From an uncultured bacterium (GTDB lineage Bacteria; Hydrothermota; UBA3073; NMUJ01): a stretch of DNA of 12,176 nucleotides. A program made the position numbers and the translations under genes. The notes under the pieces were generated by a model that worked only from the letters and a program-made list of their open reading frames with translations, did no database searches and was not told where the DNA came from. The stretch covers positions 1 to 12,176 of the forward strand of contig CBFDTI010000036.1 of assembly GCA_965612795.1 (NCBI GenBank), in the 5' to 3' direction. Shown piece by piece: positions 1-10,992 of the stretch; positions within the stretch are counted from its first letter, which is position 1; every line of letters begins with the position of its first letter.

Positions 1-833
1 AACCTATCTATATCCTTACGTGACATCTGACGGCCCATCAACTTCAATATTCGGGTGGATACATGTTGTATAGGGATATGCAAGTAAGATGCAAGCTTGG
101 GATGATCGTTTACAAGCTTTACGAGTTCAACTGTTACATCAGTTGGATGCACGTATAGAAGCCGTAATAGATATAAGCCTGGCAATTCAGCTAATCGTTC
201 CACCAACTGCAACAGATGTGGTCTCCCATACAAGTCCTCTCCATAGGATGTGAGGTCCTGTGCTACAAGTATGATTTCCCTGACACCAGACTCTATAAGT
301 TGTGTCGCCTCATGTATTATGGAGTTTATGGGTTTGCTCCTTAACTTACCTTTTATCTGTGGTATGGTGCAGAAAGTGCAGTCACGGTTGCATCCCCTGG
401 ATATCTCAATATATGCGTATGGATAAGTATCTAACCGCTTTCTGGGCAAATAATCGTAACGCGTAACCGTATGTAGGGGTAACACTGGGGGTGTATCACC
501 ATAAAGTATAGCATTGAATATACCCTTGAGATCTTCCTGGCTGGTTGCTATAATGTTTGTGTTATGGTTGAAGGGGTTGCAGCCGTATCTTTCGGGTAAA
601 CAACCGGTTACTATTATTTTCTTGTGTGGATACTTTTGACGTAAGGTATGTATTCTTTCACGTGACTCAAGTTCGGCATCCTTTATGAATGCACAGGTGT
701 TGATTATCAACACATCCGCTATTTGGGGTGAATCCACAACTTTTAATCCTTTAGTTTCGAGATAATGGGCGATTATTTCACTACCTACGATGTTACGTGG
801 ACACCCCAATGTCTCAATGTATACGCGTATCAC
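1..833 (-). CDS. rimO: Ribosomal protein S12 methylthiotransferase RimO (radical SAM), truncated by the window edge
   Basis: Absent from the ORF track; translated by hand. GTG at 833-831 gives [14 protein letters not shown] (LGCxxN), then [23 protein letters not shown], radical-[23 protein letters not shown] (CxxxCxxC), [20 protein letters not shown] and YLHIPIQH. LGCPxN, AQD and RLLY favour RimO over MiaB/MtaB. Overlaps the gyrA 3' end by 20 nt. Confidence 0.88.
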   Translation of the reverse strand, partial: MIRVYIETLGCPRNIVGSEIIAHYLETKGLKVVDSPQIADVLIINTCAFIKDAELESRERIHTLRQKYPHKKIIVTGCLPERYGCNPFNHNTNIIATSQEDLKGIFNAILYGDTPPVLPLHTVTRYDYLPRKRLDTYPYAYIEISRGCNRDCTFCTIPQIKGKLRSKPINSIIHEATQLIESGVREIILVAQDLTSYGEDLYGRPHLLQLVERLAELPGLYLLRLLYVHPTDVTVELVKLVNDHPKLASYLHIPIQHVSTRILKLMGRQMSRKDIDR

Positions 834-3219
834 CTGAGTTATGGAGGGCTACAACCTTAATGACTTTATCGTCTTCGTTAAGCCTTATCACACGTGTACC
901 ACGGGTGGCTCTACCCTGGATGGTAAGTTGCGTTATATCCATACGTATGATGTAACCACGTTCGGTGAGCACAAAGATATGATCGCCAGGATACACGAGC
1001 TCACCACCACCTACTTCTCCCTTTATTCCTATTATGCCCTGACCACCGCGGTGCATCTTACGGTAATCTTTCACTGGAGTAAGTTTACCATACCCGTGTT
1101 GCGTGAGTAGGAGTAGGTAACCGTCCTCGCTATGTGAGACAAGGCCTAACTTCACGGAGTCACCTTCCCTGAGCCGTATCCCACGTACACCATGGGCGTA
1201 ACGGCTGAGGTTACGTAATTCGCTGCTGTCGAAACGTACAACTTTACCGTGGGTGGTTACTATCAAGAGATCATCACCCTCTTTGAATGGTACCACCGCG
1301 CATAATGTATCATCCGGCTGTACCCGTATGCCGATTATGCCGCTACGGGTGATGTTGTTGAATGCCTCTATCGGGACACGCTTCACCAACCCACGTTGTG
1401 TCACGAGTAACAGTTGGTATCCATCTTTTGGATAGGGGAATATTGCGATGATGTTTTCTTCTTTACCGATATTAAGTAGTTGAGCGATGGGTTTGCCACG
1501 TCCACCTTTGCTGGTAAGCGGTATTTCATATGTGTTTATAGCGTAAGCCTTACCCTTATCGGTAAATATAAGGAGACGGCCGAGTGAGAACGCGACCGTA
1601 CCTGTAATCGTACGGTCTTCTACGGTGAGCTCTATGCCACGTGCACCTTTGCCGCCACGTTGTTGTTCTTTATACTCGTCGAGCGGTGTACGTTTAATGT
1701 ACCCTCTACGGGTGACGGTTACAAACTCGTAACGTTTGGGGATTAGATCTTCGATATTGAATTCGTGTGATGCTTCTGTTATCTTAGTACGTCGTGCGTC
1801 TGCATATTTTTTGCGTATATCCAATAGCTCTTTTTTCACCTCCTGCATGATGTTAGCTCTTGATGCGAGTATCTCTCTGTAGCGGGTAATTTCGAGCTGC
1901 AACTGCTGCAGTTCGTTGTCTAACTTTTCGCGTTCAAGATGGGTTAATCTAGCTAATCGCATTTCCAAAATTGCATGTGTCTGTTTGGGGGTGAGGTTAA
2001 ACCTCTCTCCCAACGTCTTCTCTGCGGTGGCAATATCGGGAGCTCCTTTTATTATGGAGACTACTTCGTCGATATGATCAAGTGCGATACGTAAACCCTC
2101 AACAATGTGTAACCTATCTTCTGCTTTCTTTAGATCGTGTTGGGTGCGACGTTTCACCACATCATGACGATGTTCGAGGAAATCTGTCAATATCTCCTTC
2201 AACGTGTATAGATGGGGTACGTTGTTTCTGAGTGCCAACAGGATTATGCCGTAAGTGGTTTGTAGCGGTGTGTGCATGTATAACTTGTTAAGCACAATTT
2301 CGGGTTCAATATCCTTGCGTAGCTCGATGGCTACGCGGATACCTTCGCGGTCGGATTCGTCCCTTATGTCGATGATACCCTCTATTACCTTGTTTTTGAC
2401 CAGCTCCGCTATGCGTTCGATGAGCAACGCTTTGTTTATCTGATAAGGGATCTCGCGTATGTAGATGTAATTTTTGCGTTTATCGGTGACGATTTCAGTT
2501 TTACCACGTAGGATGATCTTACCCTTACCGGTTTTGTATGCCTGTAGTATACCGGATGTACCTATAATTTCGCCACCCGTTGGGAAGTCGGGCCCTTTAA
2601 TGTAGTGGGTTAGATCTTCAATGGTTAGCTCTGGGTTATCGATAAGCGCTACAAGTGCATCTATGACTTCACCTAAATTATGTGGTGGTATGTTTGTGGC
2701 CATACCCACAGCAATACCAGAGGCACCGTTTATCAGCAGGTTCGGTATTTTGGCAGGCAAGACCTGTGGCTCTTGGAGCTTACCGTCGAAGTTCGGCATA
2801 AATGGTACGGTATCTTTTTCGATGTCACGTAGCATCTCCTCGGCTATTTCGCTCAACCGTGCCTCGGTGTATCGGTACGCGGCGGGTGCGTCACCGTCGA
2901 CCGACCCGAAGTTGCCCTGCCCCTGTACTAAAGGGTAACGTAGTGAGAAATCCTGTGCCATACGGACGAGTGCATCGTATACAGCCATATCGCCATGTGG
3001 ATGGTACTTGCCGAGTACCTCGCCGATGATGGTGGCCGACTTTTTGAATGGCCTATTATGTAACAGGCCTAACCCCCACATAGCGTAGAGGATACGGCGG
3101 TGGACGGGTTTCAACCCATCACGTGCATCGGGTAGAGCACGCCCTATTATTACGCTCATGGCGTAGCTGAGGTAAGAGCGCTGCATCTCATCTTCTATAG
3201 GAACATATTCTATTGCCAT
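814..3219 (-). CDS. gyrA: DNA gyrase subunit A
   Basis: [22 protein letters not shown], catalytic AAYRY (Tyr117), [14 protein letters not shown], beta-pinwheel C-terminal repeats and a GyrA-box QQRGGKG (nt 1645-1665), which separates GyrA from ParC. Confidence 0.97.
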   Translation of the reverse strand: MAIEYVPIEDEMQRSYLSYAMSVIIGRALPDARDGLKPVHRRILYAMWGLGLLHNRPFKKSATIIGEVLGKYHPHGDMAVYDALVRMAQDFSLRYPLVQGQGNFGSVDGDAPAAYRYTEARLSEIAEEMLRDIEKDTVPFMPNFDGKLQEPQVLPAKIPNLLINGASGIAVGMATNIPPHNLGEVIDALVALIDNPELTIEDLTHYIKGPDFPTGGEIIGTSGILQAYKTGKGKIILRGKTEIVTDKRKNYIYIREIPYQINKALLIERIAELVKNKVIEGIIDIRDESDREGIRVAIELRKDIEPEIVLNKLYMHTPLQTTYGIILLALRNNVPHLYTLKEILTDFLEHRHDVVKRRTQHDLKKAEDRLHIVEGLRIALDHIDEVVSIIKGAPDIATAEKTLGERFNLTPKQTHAILEMRLARLTHLEREKLDNELQQLQLEITRYREILASRANIMQEVKKELLDIRKKYADARRTKITEASHEFNIEDLIPKRYEFVTVTRRGYIKRTPLDEYKEQQRGGKGARGIELTVEDRTITGTVAFSLGRLLIFTDKGKAYAINTYEIPLTSKGGRGKPIAQLLNIGKEENIIAIFPYPKDGYQLLLVTQRGLVKRVPIEAFNNITRSGIIGIRVQPDDTLCAVVPFKEGDDLLIVTTHGKVVRFDSSELRNLSRYAHGVRGIRLREGDSVKLGLVSHSEDGYLLLLTQHGYGKLTPVKDYRKMHRGGQGIIGIKGEVGGGELVYPGDHIFVLTERGYIIRMDITQLTIQGRATRGTRVIRLNEDDKVIKVVALHNSGDTRIH

Positions 3220-3227
3220 CTTATTTT

Positions 3228-3255
3228 AAGATAAAGCGAAATCCTTATAAGTCAA
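3228..3255 (-). promoter_or_regulatory. Putative sigma70 promoter of gyrA (TTGACT-N16-TATCTT)
   Basis: -35 TTGACT at 3255-3250 and -10 TATCTT at 3233-3228 in the 58-bp holB-gyrA gap; the ATG follows 8 nt after the -10; closely matches the element upstream of gyrB. Confidence 0.7.
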
Positions 3256-3277
3256 CAATTTAGGTGCGATAATGGGA

Positions 3278-4191
3278 TCATAAAGTGAGCGAGATGTAGT
3301 ACCATAATAGGTCGGGAGCTACATTATATTTCAAGTGTGAGTGCACTTGTTCGCAGAGTTTGATACCTTTAAGCAACCGATCAGTATCCCATGTACGTAA
3401 CTCGTCTGGTATGGGTGTGACACGTTTAACCCCATACTTTGTGAGTAACGCTGTACGAAGTAGTGACTCGACAGCATGTAGGAAATCGTCCAGCTCAATA
3501 CTGAGGTTATTAAGTAGCTTAAGGCGATCGCTTTTGGGCGAGATGAGAAATTTTGTTGCCAATGCTTCCTTTTCTTGTTGCTTACCTTCTATTATGTTTA
3601 ATGCGCGGGTGAGGCTACCTTCGGCACGTTCCACGATGAGTTTGAGCTCCTTCTCATGTAGGGGATAGTGGGTGCGAAGGTAGGTTGTGAGTTCGTGTTT
3701 TTCGATACGTCGGAATGGTATCTTGCGGGTACGTGACTTTATGGTGTCGGGTAACATATCTTCGCGTGAAGTTATAAGTATAAACGAAGTGCGTTCGGGG
3801 GGTTCCTCCAGTAGCTTGAGTAATGCGTTGGCTGCTTCCTGTGTCATTGTGTGTGCATCATCTATTATAAAGAACCTATGTGCTAAGCTGCTTAGGTAAG
3901 AAGCTTCTTCTTTGAGGTTACGAATTTGGTCAATGTGTATTGTACCTTTATCAGTAGGTGTCACGAGTACGACGTCGAGCGTTAGACCATCATCTATGAG
4001 CTTCGATATGCGGTGACCTGCCTCTTGGGGTAACCGATGGGTATTGACCAATTTAGCAAACTCCATGGCTAAGGTGCGTTTACCGACATGATCGGGACCG
4101 GTAAACAGATATGCGGTGGCTATTCTATCGGCTTGTATATCGCTGATAAGCATCTTCTTCGCAAGTTTATGGCCTACGACATTAGTGAATG

Positions 4192-4204
<13 letters not shown>
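3278..4204 (-). CDS. holB: DNA polymerase III subunit delta' (clamp loader)
   Basis: AYLFTGPDHVGK, IHIDQIR, IIDDAHTMTQEAANALLKLLEEPP and LPDTIKSRT. The 308-aa length and DDAH-M motif fit delta' rather than DnaX. Confidence 0.9.
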
Positions 4205-7147
<2,943 letters not shown>

Positions 7148-7227
7148 GTAAAATCATGTGTTAGGTTAAAGTGAAGGGGTACGTTCGACGGATGGATGAA
7201 CGTCAATCTATGGAATTTCCTGTTTTA

Positions 7228-7241
7228 TGTAAGCGCTTGTA
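7228..7241. promoter_or_regulatory. LacI-family/cre-like operator candidate TGTAAGCGCTTGTA
   Basis: Perfect AAGCGCTT core; 12/14 match to the symmetric cre-type sequence TGTAAGCGCTTACA; intergenic position. Confidence 0.35.
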
Positions 7242-7346
7242 GGGAAACTTCTGTACGGATCAAGATGATGTTATATATACAAAATGCTGGCACAGATGGG
7301 ATAGACTTAGAGGTTATAACCACTTTGGGGCTCGGTTATTTCCATA

Positions 7347-7373
7347 TTGACACACACTCTGGGTGGTTATTTT
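7347..7373 (+). promoter_or_regulatory. Putative promoter of the HD-leuCD-citDE-citF operon (TTGACA-N15-TATTTT)
   Basis: Consensus -35 TTGACA at 7347-7352 and TATTTT at 7368-7373, in the same GTTATTTTAT context as the gyrB -10. The spacer is only 15 bp. Confidence 0.5.
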
Positions 7374-7386
7374 ATCAACGCCAGAG

Positions 7387-7965
7387 ATGAAGCAAGTTAG
7401 CCTAAAAGAGAAAATCAAAGCATTATTTCGTAAGCAGTTGGAGCTCATCAGTGACCCCGCTTTACGTGATAAGGTAGTAAATGTGTGGGTAAACGCCATG
7501 AAGCTGGGTGGTTGGGCGGTTGACGATCTGGAGAATATACCGTTCACGTTGTTGGTTGATACCCAAGGTGTGAGCTTGATCGATCACACCATAGCGGTGA
7601 CCGAATCCGCGTATAGTATGGCGATCGCTATGCGTGAAACCTACGAGCGTGCGGGCTTCAAGCTAAACCTCGATTGGCTTGTAGCGGGTGCGTTGCTACA
7701 TGATGTAGGTAAGCTGCTGGAGATCGAGCAGTCCGGCACCTCGTATCGCAAATCCTATCGTGGCAAATGTTTACGTCATCCCATGTGGGGTGCTGTATTG
7801 GCGGCACAGGAGGGGCTACCTGATGAAGTGTGCAACATCATCGCTTACCACTCACGTGAGGGTGAAGGTAACCCCATTCGAATTGAAACCATCCTCATAC
7901 GGCATGCAGATTTTGCGTGTTTCGATCCTTTCGCCTTACGTGCAAAGAGTATGTTGGTGGAGTGA
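7387..7965 (+). CDS. HD-domain (HDIG-type) metal-dependent phosphohydrolase
   Basis: LIDHT...GALLHDVGK...RHP...IIAYH...RHAD gives the full H..HD..H..H..D pattern. ATG 7387 is preferred because the GTG at 7363 lies inside the putative promoter. The stop overlaps the next start (TGATG). Confidence 0.88.
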   Translation: MKQVSLKEKIKALFRKQLELISDPALRDKVVNVWVNAMKLGGWAVDDLENIPFTLLVDTQGVSLIDHTIAVTESAYSMAIAMRETYERAGFKLNLDWLVAGALLHDVGKLLEIEQSGTSYRKSYRGKCLRHPMWGAVLAAQEGLPDEVCNIIAYHSREGEGNPIRIETILIRHADFACFDPFALRAKSMLVE

Positions 7966-9761
7966 TGGGCCACACTATTATCGAAAAGATTATCGCCCGC
8001 CATTGTGGTAAACAGGTGCAACCCGGTGATATTGTTGATATGTTTATCGATACCCGGGTAGCACGTGACTTCGGTGGTGCCAATGTAGTCAAGCATCTCG
8101 AAACCCATGGCTTGGAGATCGACGACCCACAACGTACGTTCTTTACGTTTGATTGTAACCCAACAGGTTCGGATCAGAACTATGCTACTAACCAACATAT
8201 CTGTCGCGTATTTGCACGCAAACATGGTATCAAAGTCTACGACATAAATGCTGGTATAGGTACACATATTGCGATCGATGAAGGGTTGGTATCACCTGGT
8301 GATACGTTTGTATCCACGGATTCACACGCCAACATCGTTGGCGCTATAGGGGCATTGGGTCAGGGTATGGGCGATCTTGACATCGCATACGCGTTTGCTA
8401 AGGGGAGAGTATGGTTCAAGGTACCACCAACAATCAAGCTGATACTCAAAGGTAAACCACCTGCTAACGTAACTCCTAAGGATATAACGCTATTCCTTGT
8501 CAAACATTTTGGTGCATCGGGACTGCTGGGTTATGCGTGCGAAGTTTATGGCGACATAGTGGATGAACTCACCCTATCCGCACGTATCACGATAGCGTCG
8601 ATGGCTACCGAGATGAGTGCTATAGCTATGCTTTTTGCACCCAACAAACAGATACTGGAGTATTGTCGTAATGTAGCACAACGTGGGTTCACCCCAGTCT
8701 ATGCGGATGAAGATGCCAAGTACGAGGATGTCGTAACCCTGGATATATCCAGATTGGAACCCCTAATCGCGCAACCCGGTCGTCCCGACAATGTGGTACC
8801 AGTAGCTGAAGTGCAGGGTAAAAAGATCGATTCGGTATTCATCGGTTCGTGTACCAACGGCAGATACGAGGATATGGTGCAGGTAGCTAAAATACTGGAA
8901 GGTAGGAAAGTAGCCCCTGGTGTGGTGCTAAAGATAGTGCCATCAACCGATAAGATCTGGTATCGGTGTCTCGAAACTGGCATCTTTAAGATATTCAAAT
9001 CCGCAGGTGCGCTCATCGGTAACGCCGGGTGTGCGGGTTGTGCTGCGGGTCAGATCGGTCAAAACGGTCCAGGCGAAGTAACCGTAAGCACTGGTAACCG
9101 CAACTTCCCCGGCAAACAAGGTAAAGGTGAGGTATGGCTTACATCGCCAGCGACAGCTGCTGCATCTGCGGTTGCTGGATATATCACCACTGCTGATAAG
9201 ATACCCGACAAACCCGCAATCTTTATTGTACCGAAACCTAAACCTATTCCCAAAGCACGTTGTGAGGTAGGTGAACGTCCCACCCGCATACGTGGTAGAG
9301 TATGGGTGATACCTATCGACAACATCGACACCGATATGATATATCACAACCGCTACCTTACGGTGACCGATGTCAATCAGATGGGCCAGTACGCGTTTAG
9401 CAACCTACCAGGGTGGCAGGATTTACACAAAAAGGTGCAACCCGGTGACATAATTGTCACTGGTAGGAATTTCGGTTGCGGTAGCTCACGTCAACATGCG
9501 GTTGATTGCTTCCGTGCATTGAGGTTAGGTGCTATAATCGCAAAGTCGTTCGCCCCAATATATGAACGTAATGCGATAAATTCAGGCTTACCAATAATGG
9601 TGGCAGATCTCGACAACCTCAACTTAAAGGATGGTGATGAGCTTGAAATCGATTTCGTCACCGGTGAAATACGTAAGGTAGCCACTGGTGAAACCGTGCA
9701 TGGGGTGCCATTCTCTGAAATACAGTTATCAATTTACAAACGTGGTGGGTTGCTACCTTAA
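7965..9761 (+). CDS. Fused large+small subunit aconitase-family hydro-lyase (3-isopropylmalate dehydratase/homoaconitase-like), substrate unknown
   Basis: 598 aa from ATG 7965. LeuC-like part: MGHTIIEKI, TDSH, GSCTN (C296), CAGC (C356/C359), STGNRNF, SPATAAASA. Pro/Lys-rich linker, then LeuD-like part: GRVW, DNIDTD, GRNFGCGSSR, IAKSFAPIYERNAINSGLP, GGLL. Confidence 0.88.
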   Translation: MGHTIIEKIIARHCGKQVQPGDIVDMFIDTRVARDFGGANVVKHLETHGLEIDDPQRTFFTFDCNPTGSDQNYATNQHICRVFARKHGIKVYDINAGIGTHIAIDEGLVSPGDTFVSTDSHANIVGAIGALGQGMGDLDIAYAFAKGRVWFKVPPTIKLILKGKPPANVTPKDITLFLVKHFGASGLLGYACEVYGDIVDELTLSARITIASMATEMSAIAMLFAPNKQILEYCRNVAQRGFTPVYADEDAKYEDVVTLDISRLEPLIAQPGRPDNVVPVAEVQGKKIDSVFIGSCTNGRYEDMVQVAKILEGRKVAPGVVLKIVPSTDKIWYRCLETGIFKIFKSAGALIGNAGCAGCAAGQIGQNGPGEVTVSTGNRNFPGKQGKGEVWLTSPATAAASAVAGYITTADKIPDKPAIFIVPKPKPIPKARCEVGERPTRIRGRVWVIPIDNIDTDMIYHNRYLTVTDVNQMGQYAFSNLPGWQDLHKKVQPGDIIVTGRNFGCGSSRQHAVDCFRALRLGAIIAKSFAPIYERNAINSGLPIMVADLDNLNLKDGDELEIDFVTGEIRKVATGETVHGVPFSEIQLSIYKRGGLLP

Positions 9762-9781
9762 CACAAAAGTAACCAAAATTT

Positions 9782-9786
9782 GGAGG
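9782..9786 (+). promoter_or_regulatory. Shine-Dalgarno GGAGG of the citD-citE fusion
   Basis: GGAGG 4 nt upstream of ATG 9791. Confidence 0.7.
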
Positions 9787-9790
9787 CAAT

Positions 9791-10975
9791 ATGGAGGTTG
9801 CAGAAGTAGGTAGACGTGGCCCTGACATACGGGCAGATTGTTTCGTACATTTTGAGCTCAGACCCAGTGGTGGGTTGGATATCGAACTCAAAAGCAAAGT
9901 GGAATCGATGTATGGCGATTCCATACGTGGGTTGGTGACCGATATGTTGGAATATTTTGGTATCAAAAACGCATACATATATCTTGAGGATTATCGTGCA
10001 TTCCCGTGGGTATTGATGGCACGTATCGAGGCAGCGATCAAAAAATGTCTACCCGATATCGAGCTGGAATACCTACCTGATATGTTGCCACAAAACCTAT
10101 ACAAGAAGCCACGTGATACGTTTAGACGTACGCGGTTGTATGTACCGGGTGACCAACCTCGGCTTATCATCAACTGTGGGCTTTATAAACCCGATGGTAT
10201 AGTGCTCGACCTCGAAGATAGTGTAGCACCCGACCATAAGTTTGGTGCACGCTTCATGGTACGTAACGCATTACGGGCAGTTGACCTAATGGGTGCAGAA
10301 CGTATGGTACGTATCAACCAGTTACCTAATGGGTTGGACGACCTACCGTATGTGGTACCACATAACCTACATACGGTGTTGATACCCAAATGTGAATCCG
10401 GTGACCAGGTTCGACAGGTTGCCGATAAGGTTGATACATTGCGTAAGCAACACAAAATAGAAGATGAGATATACCTCATACCGATTATTGAGAGTGCAAT
10501 GGGTGTGATCAACGCATACGAGATAGCGAGTGCATCCCCACATGTGGTAGCATTAGCGGTGGGGTTGGAGGACCTAACCGCTGACATAGGGGCTGAACGT
10601 ACCAAAGAGGGTACGGAAACGTTGTTTGCACGTCAACAGATAGTTATCGCTGCACGTGCTGCTGGTGTACAGCCGCTCGATACGGTATATTCGGATGTCG
10701 AGGATTACGAAGGTTTACGTGCAAGCGTACGTGAAGCCAAACGTATGGGGTTTGAAGGCAAGGGATGTATCCACCCACTACAGGTTAGGGTGATACATGA
10801 GGAGTTCATGCCAACCCCTGAAGAGGTTGAAAAAGCACACCGTATAGTTGAGGCGATGGAGGAAGCCAAACGCAAAGGGTTGGGCGTGGTAGCACTTGGT
10901 ACGAAGATGATCGATCCACCCGTCGTCAAACGTGCACTTAGGGTGTTGAAGCTAAAGGAATTGTCCGAGAAATGA
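9791..10975 (+). CDS. citE: Citrate lyase gamma (ACP/CitD-like) - beta (citryl-CoA/ACP lyase, CitE) fusion protein
   Basis: aa 1-87 resemble CitD (IELKSKVESMYGDSIR, LEDYRAFPWVLMARIEAA). aa ~112-394 are CitE/HpcH family (RRTRLYVPG, DLEDSV, VRIN, IIESA, GLEDL, GFEGKGCIHP, MIDPP). Confidence 0.88.
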   Translation: MEVAEVGRRGPDIRADCFVHFELRPSGGLDIELKSKVESMYGDSIRGLVTDMLEYFGIKNAYIYLEDYRAFPWVLMARIEAAIKKCLPDIELEYLPDMLPQNLYKKPRDTFRRTRLYVPGDQPRLIINCGLYKPDGIVLDLEDSVAPDHKFGARFMVRNALRAVDLMGAERMVRINQLPNGLDDLPYVVPHNLHTVLIPKCESGDQVRQVADKVDTLRKQHKIEDEIYLIPIIESAMGVINAYEIASASPHVVALAVGLEDLTADIGAERTKEGTETLFARQQIVIAARAAGVQPLDTVYSDVEDYEGLRASVREAKRMGFEGKGCIHPLQVRVIHEEFMPTPEEVEKAHRIVEAMEEAKRKGLGVVALGTKMIDPPVVKRALRVLKLKELSEK

Positions 10976-10982
10976 GATAACC

Positions 10983-10989
10983 AGGAGGT
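10983..10989 (+). promoter_or_regulatory. Shine-Dalgarno AGGAGGT of citF
   Basis: AGGAGGT just upstream of ATG 10993. Confidence 0.75.
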
Positions 10990-10992
10990 TTT

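Noticed and set aside
61..130. Possible frameshift in rimO near the window edge
   Set aside because: Re-translation shows a continuous frame ([22 protein letters not shown]).
7196..7390. 64-aa plus-strand ORF in the intergenic region, and the 7314-7547 minus ORF
   Set aside because: No recognisable domain or clear ribosome-binding site; they run across the promoter elements. A small protein cannot be fully excluded.
7965..9761. Naming the fusion leuC/leuD of leucine biosynthesis
   Set aside because: No leuA or leuB nearby in the window, citrate-lyase context and an altered active site; the substrate cannot be assigned.
9773..9783. Small inverted repeat CCAAAATTTGG touching the citDE Shine-Dalgarno
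   Set aside because: A 4-bp stem with no U-tract is too weak to call a terminator or translational switch.
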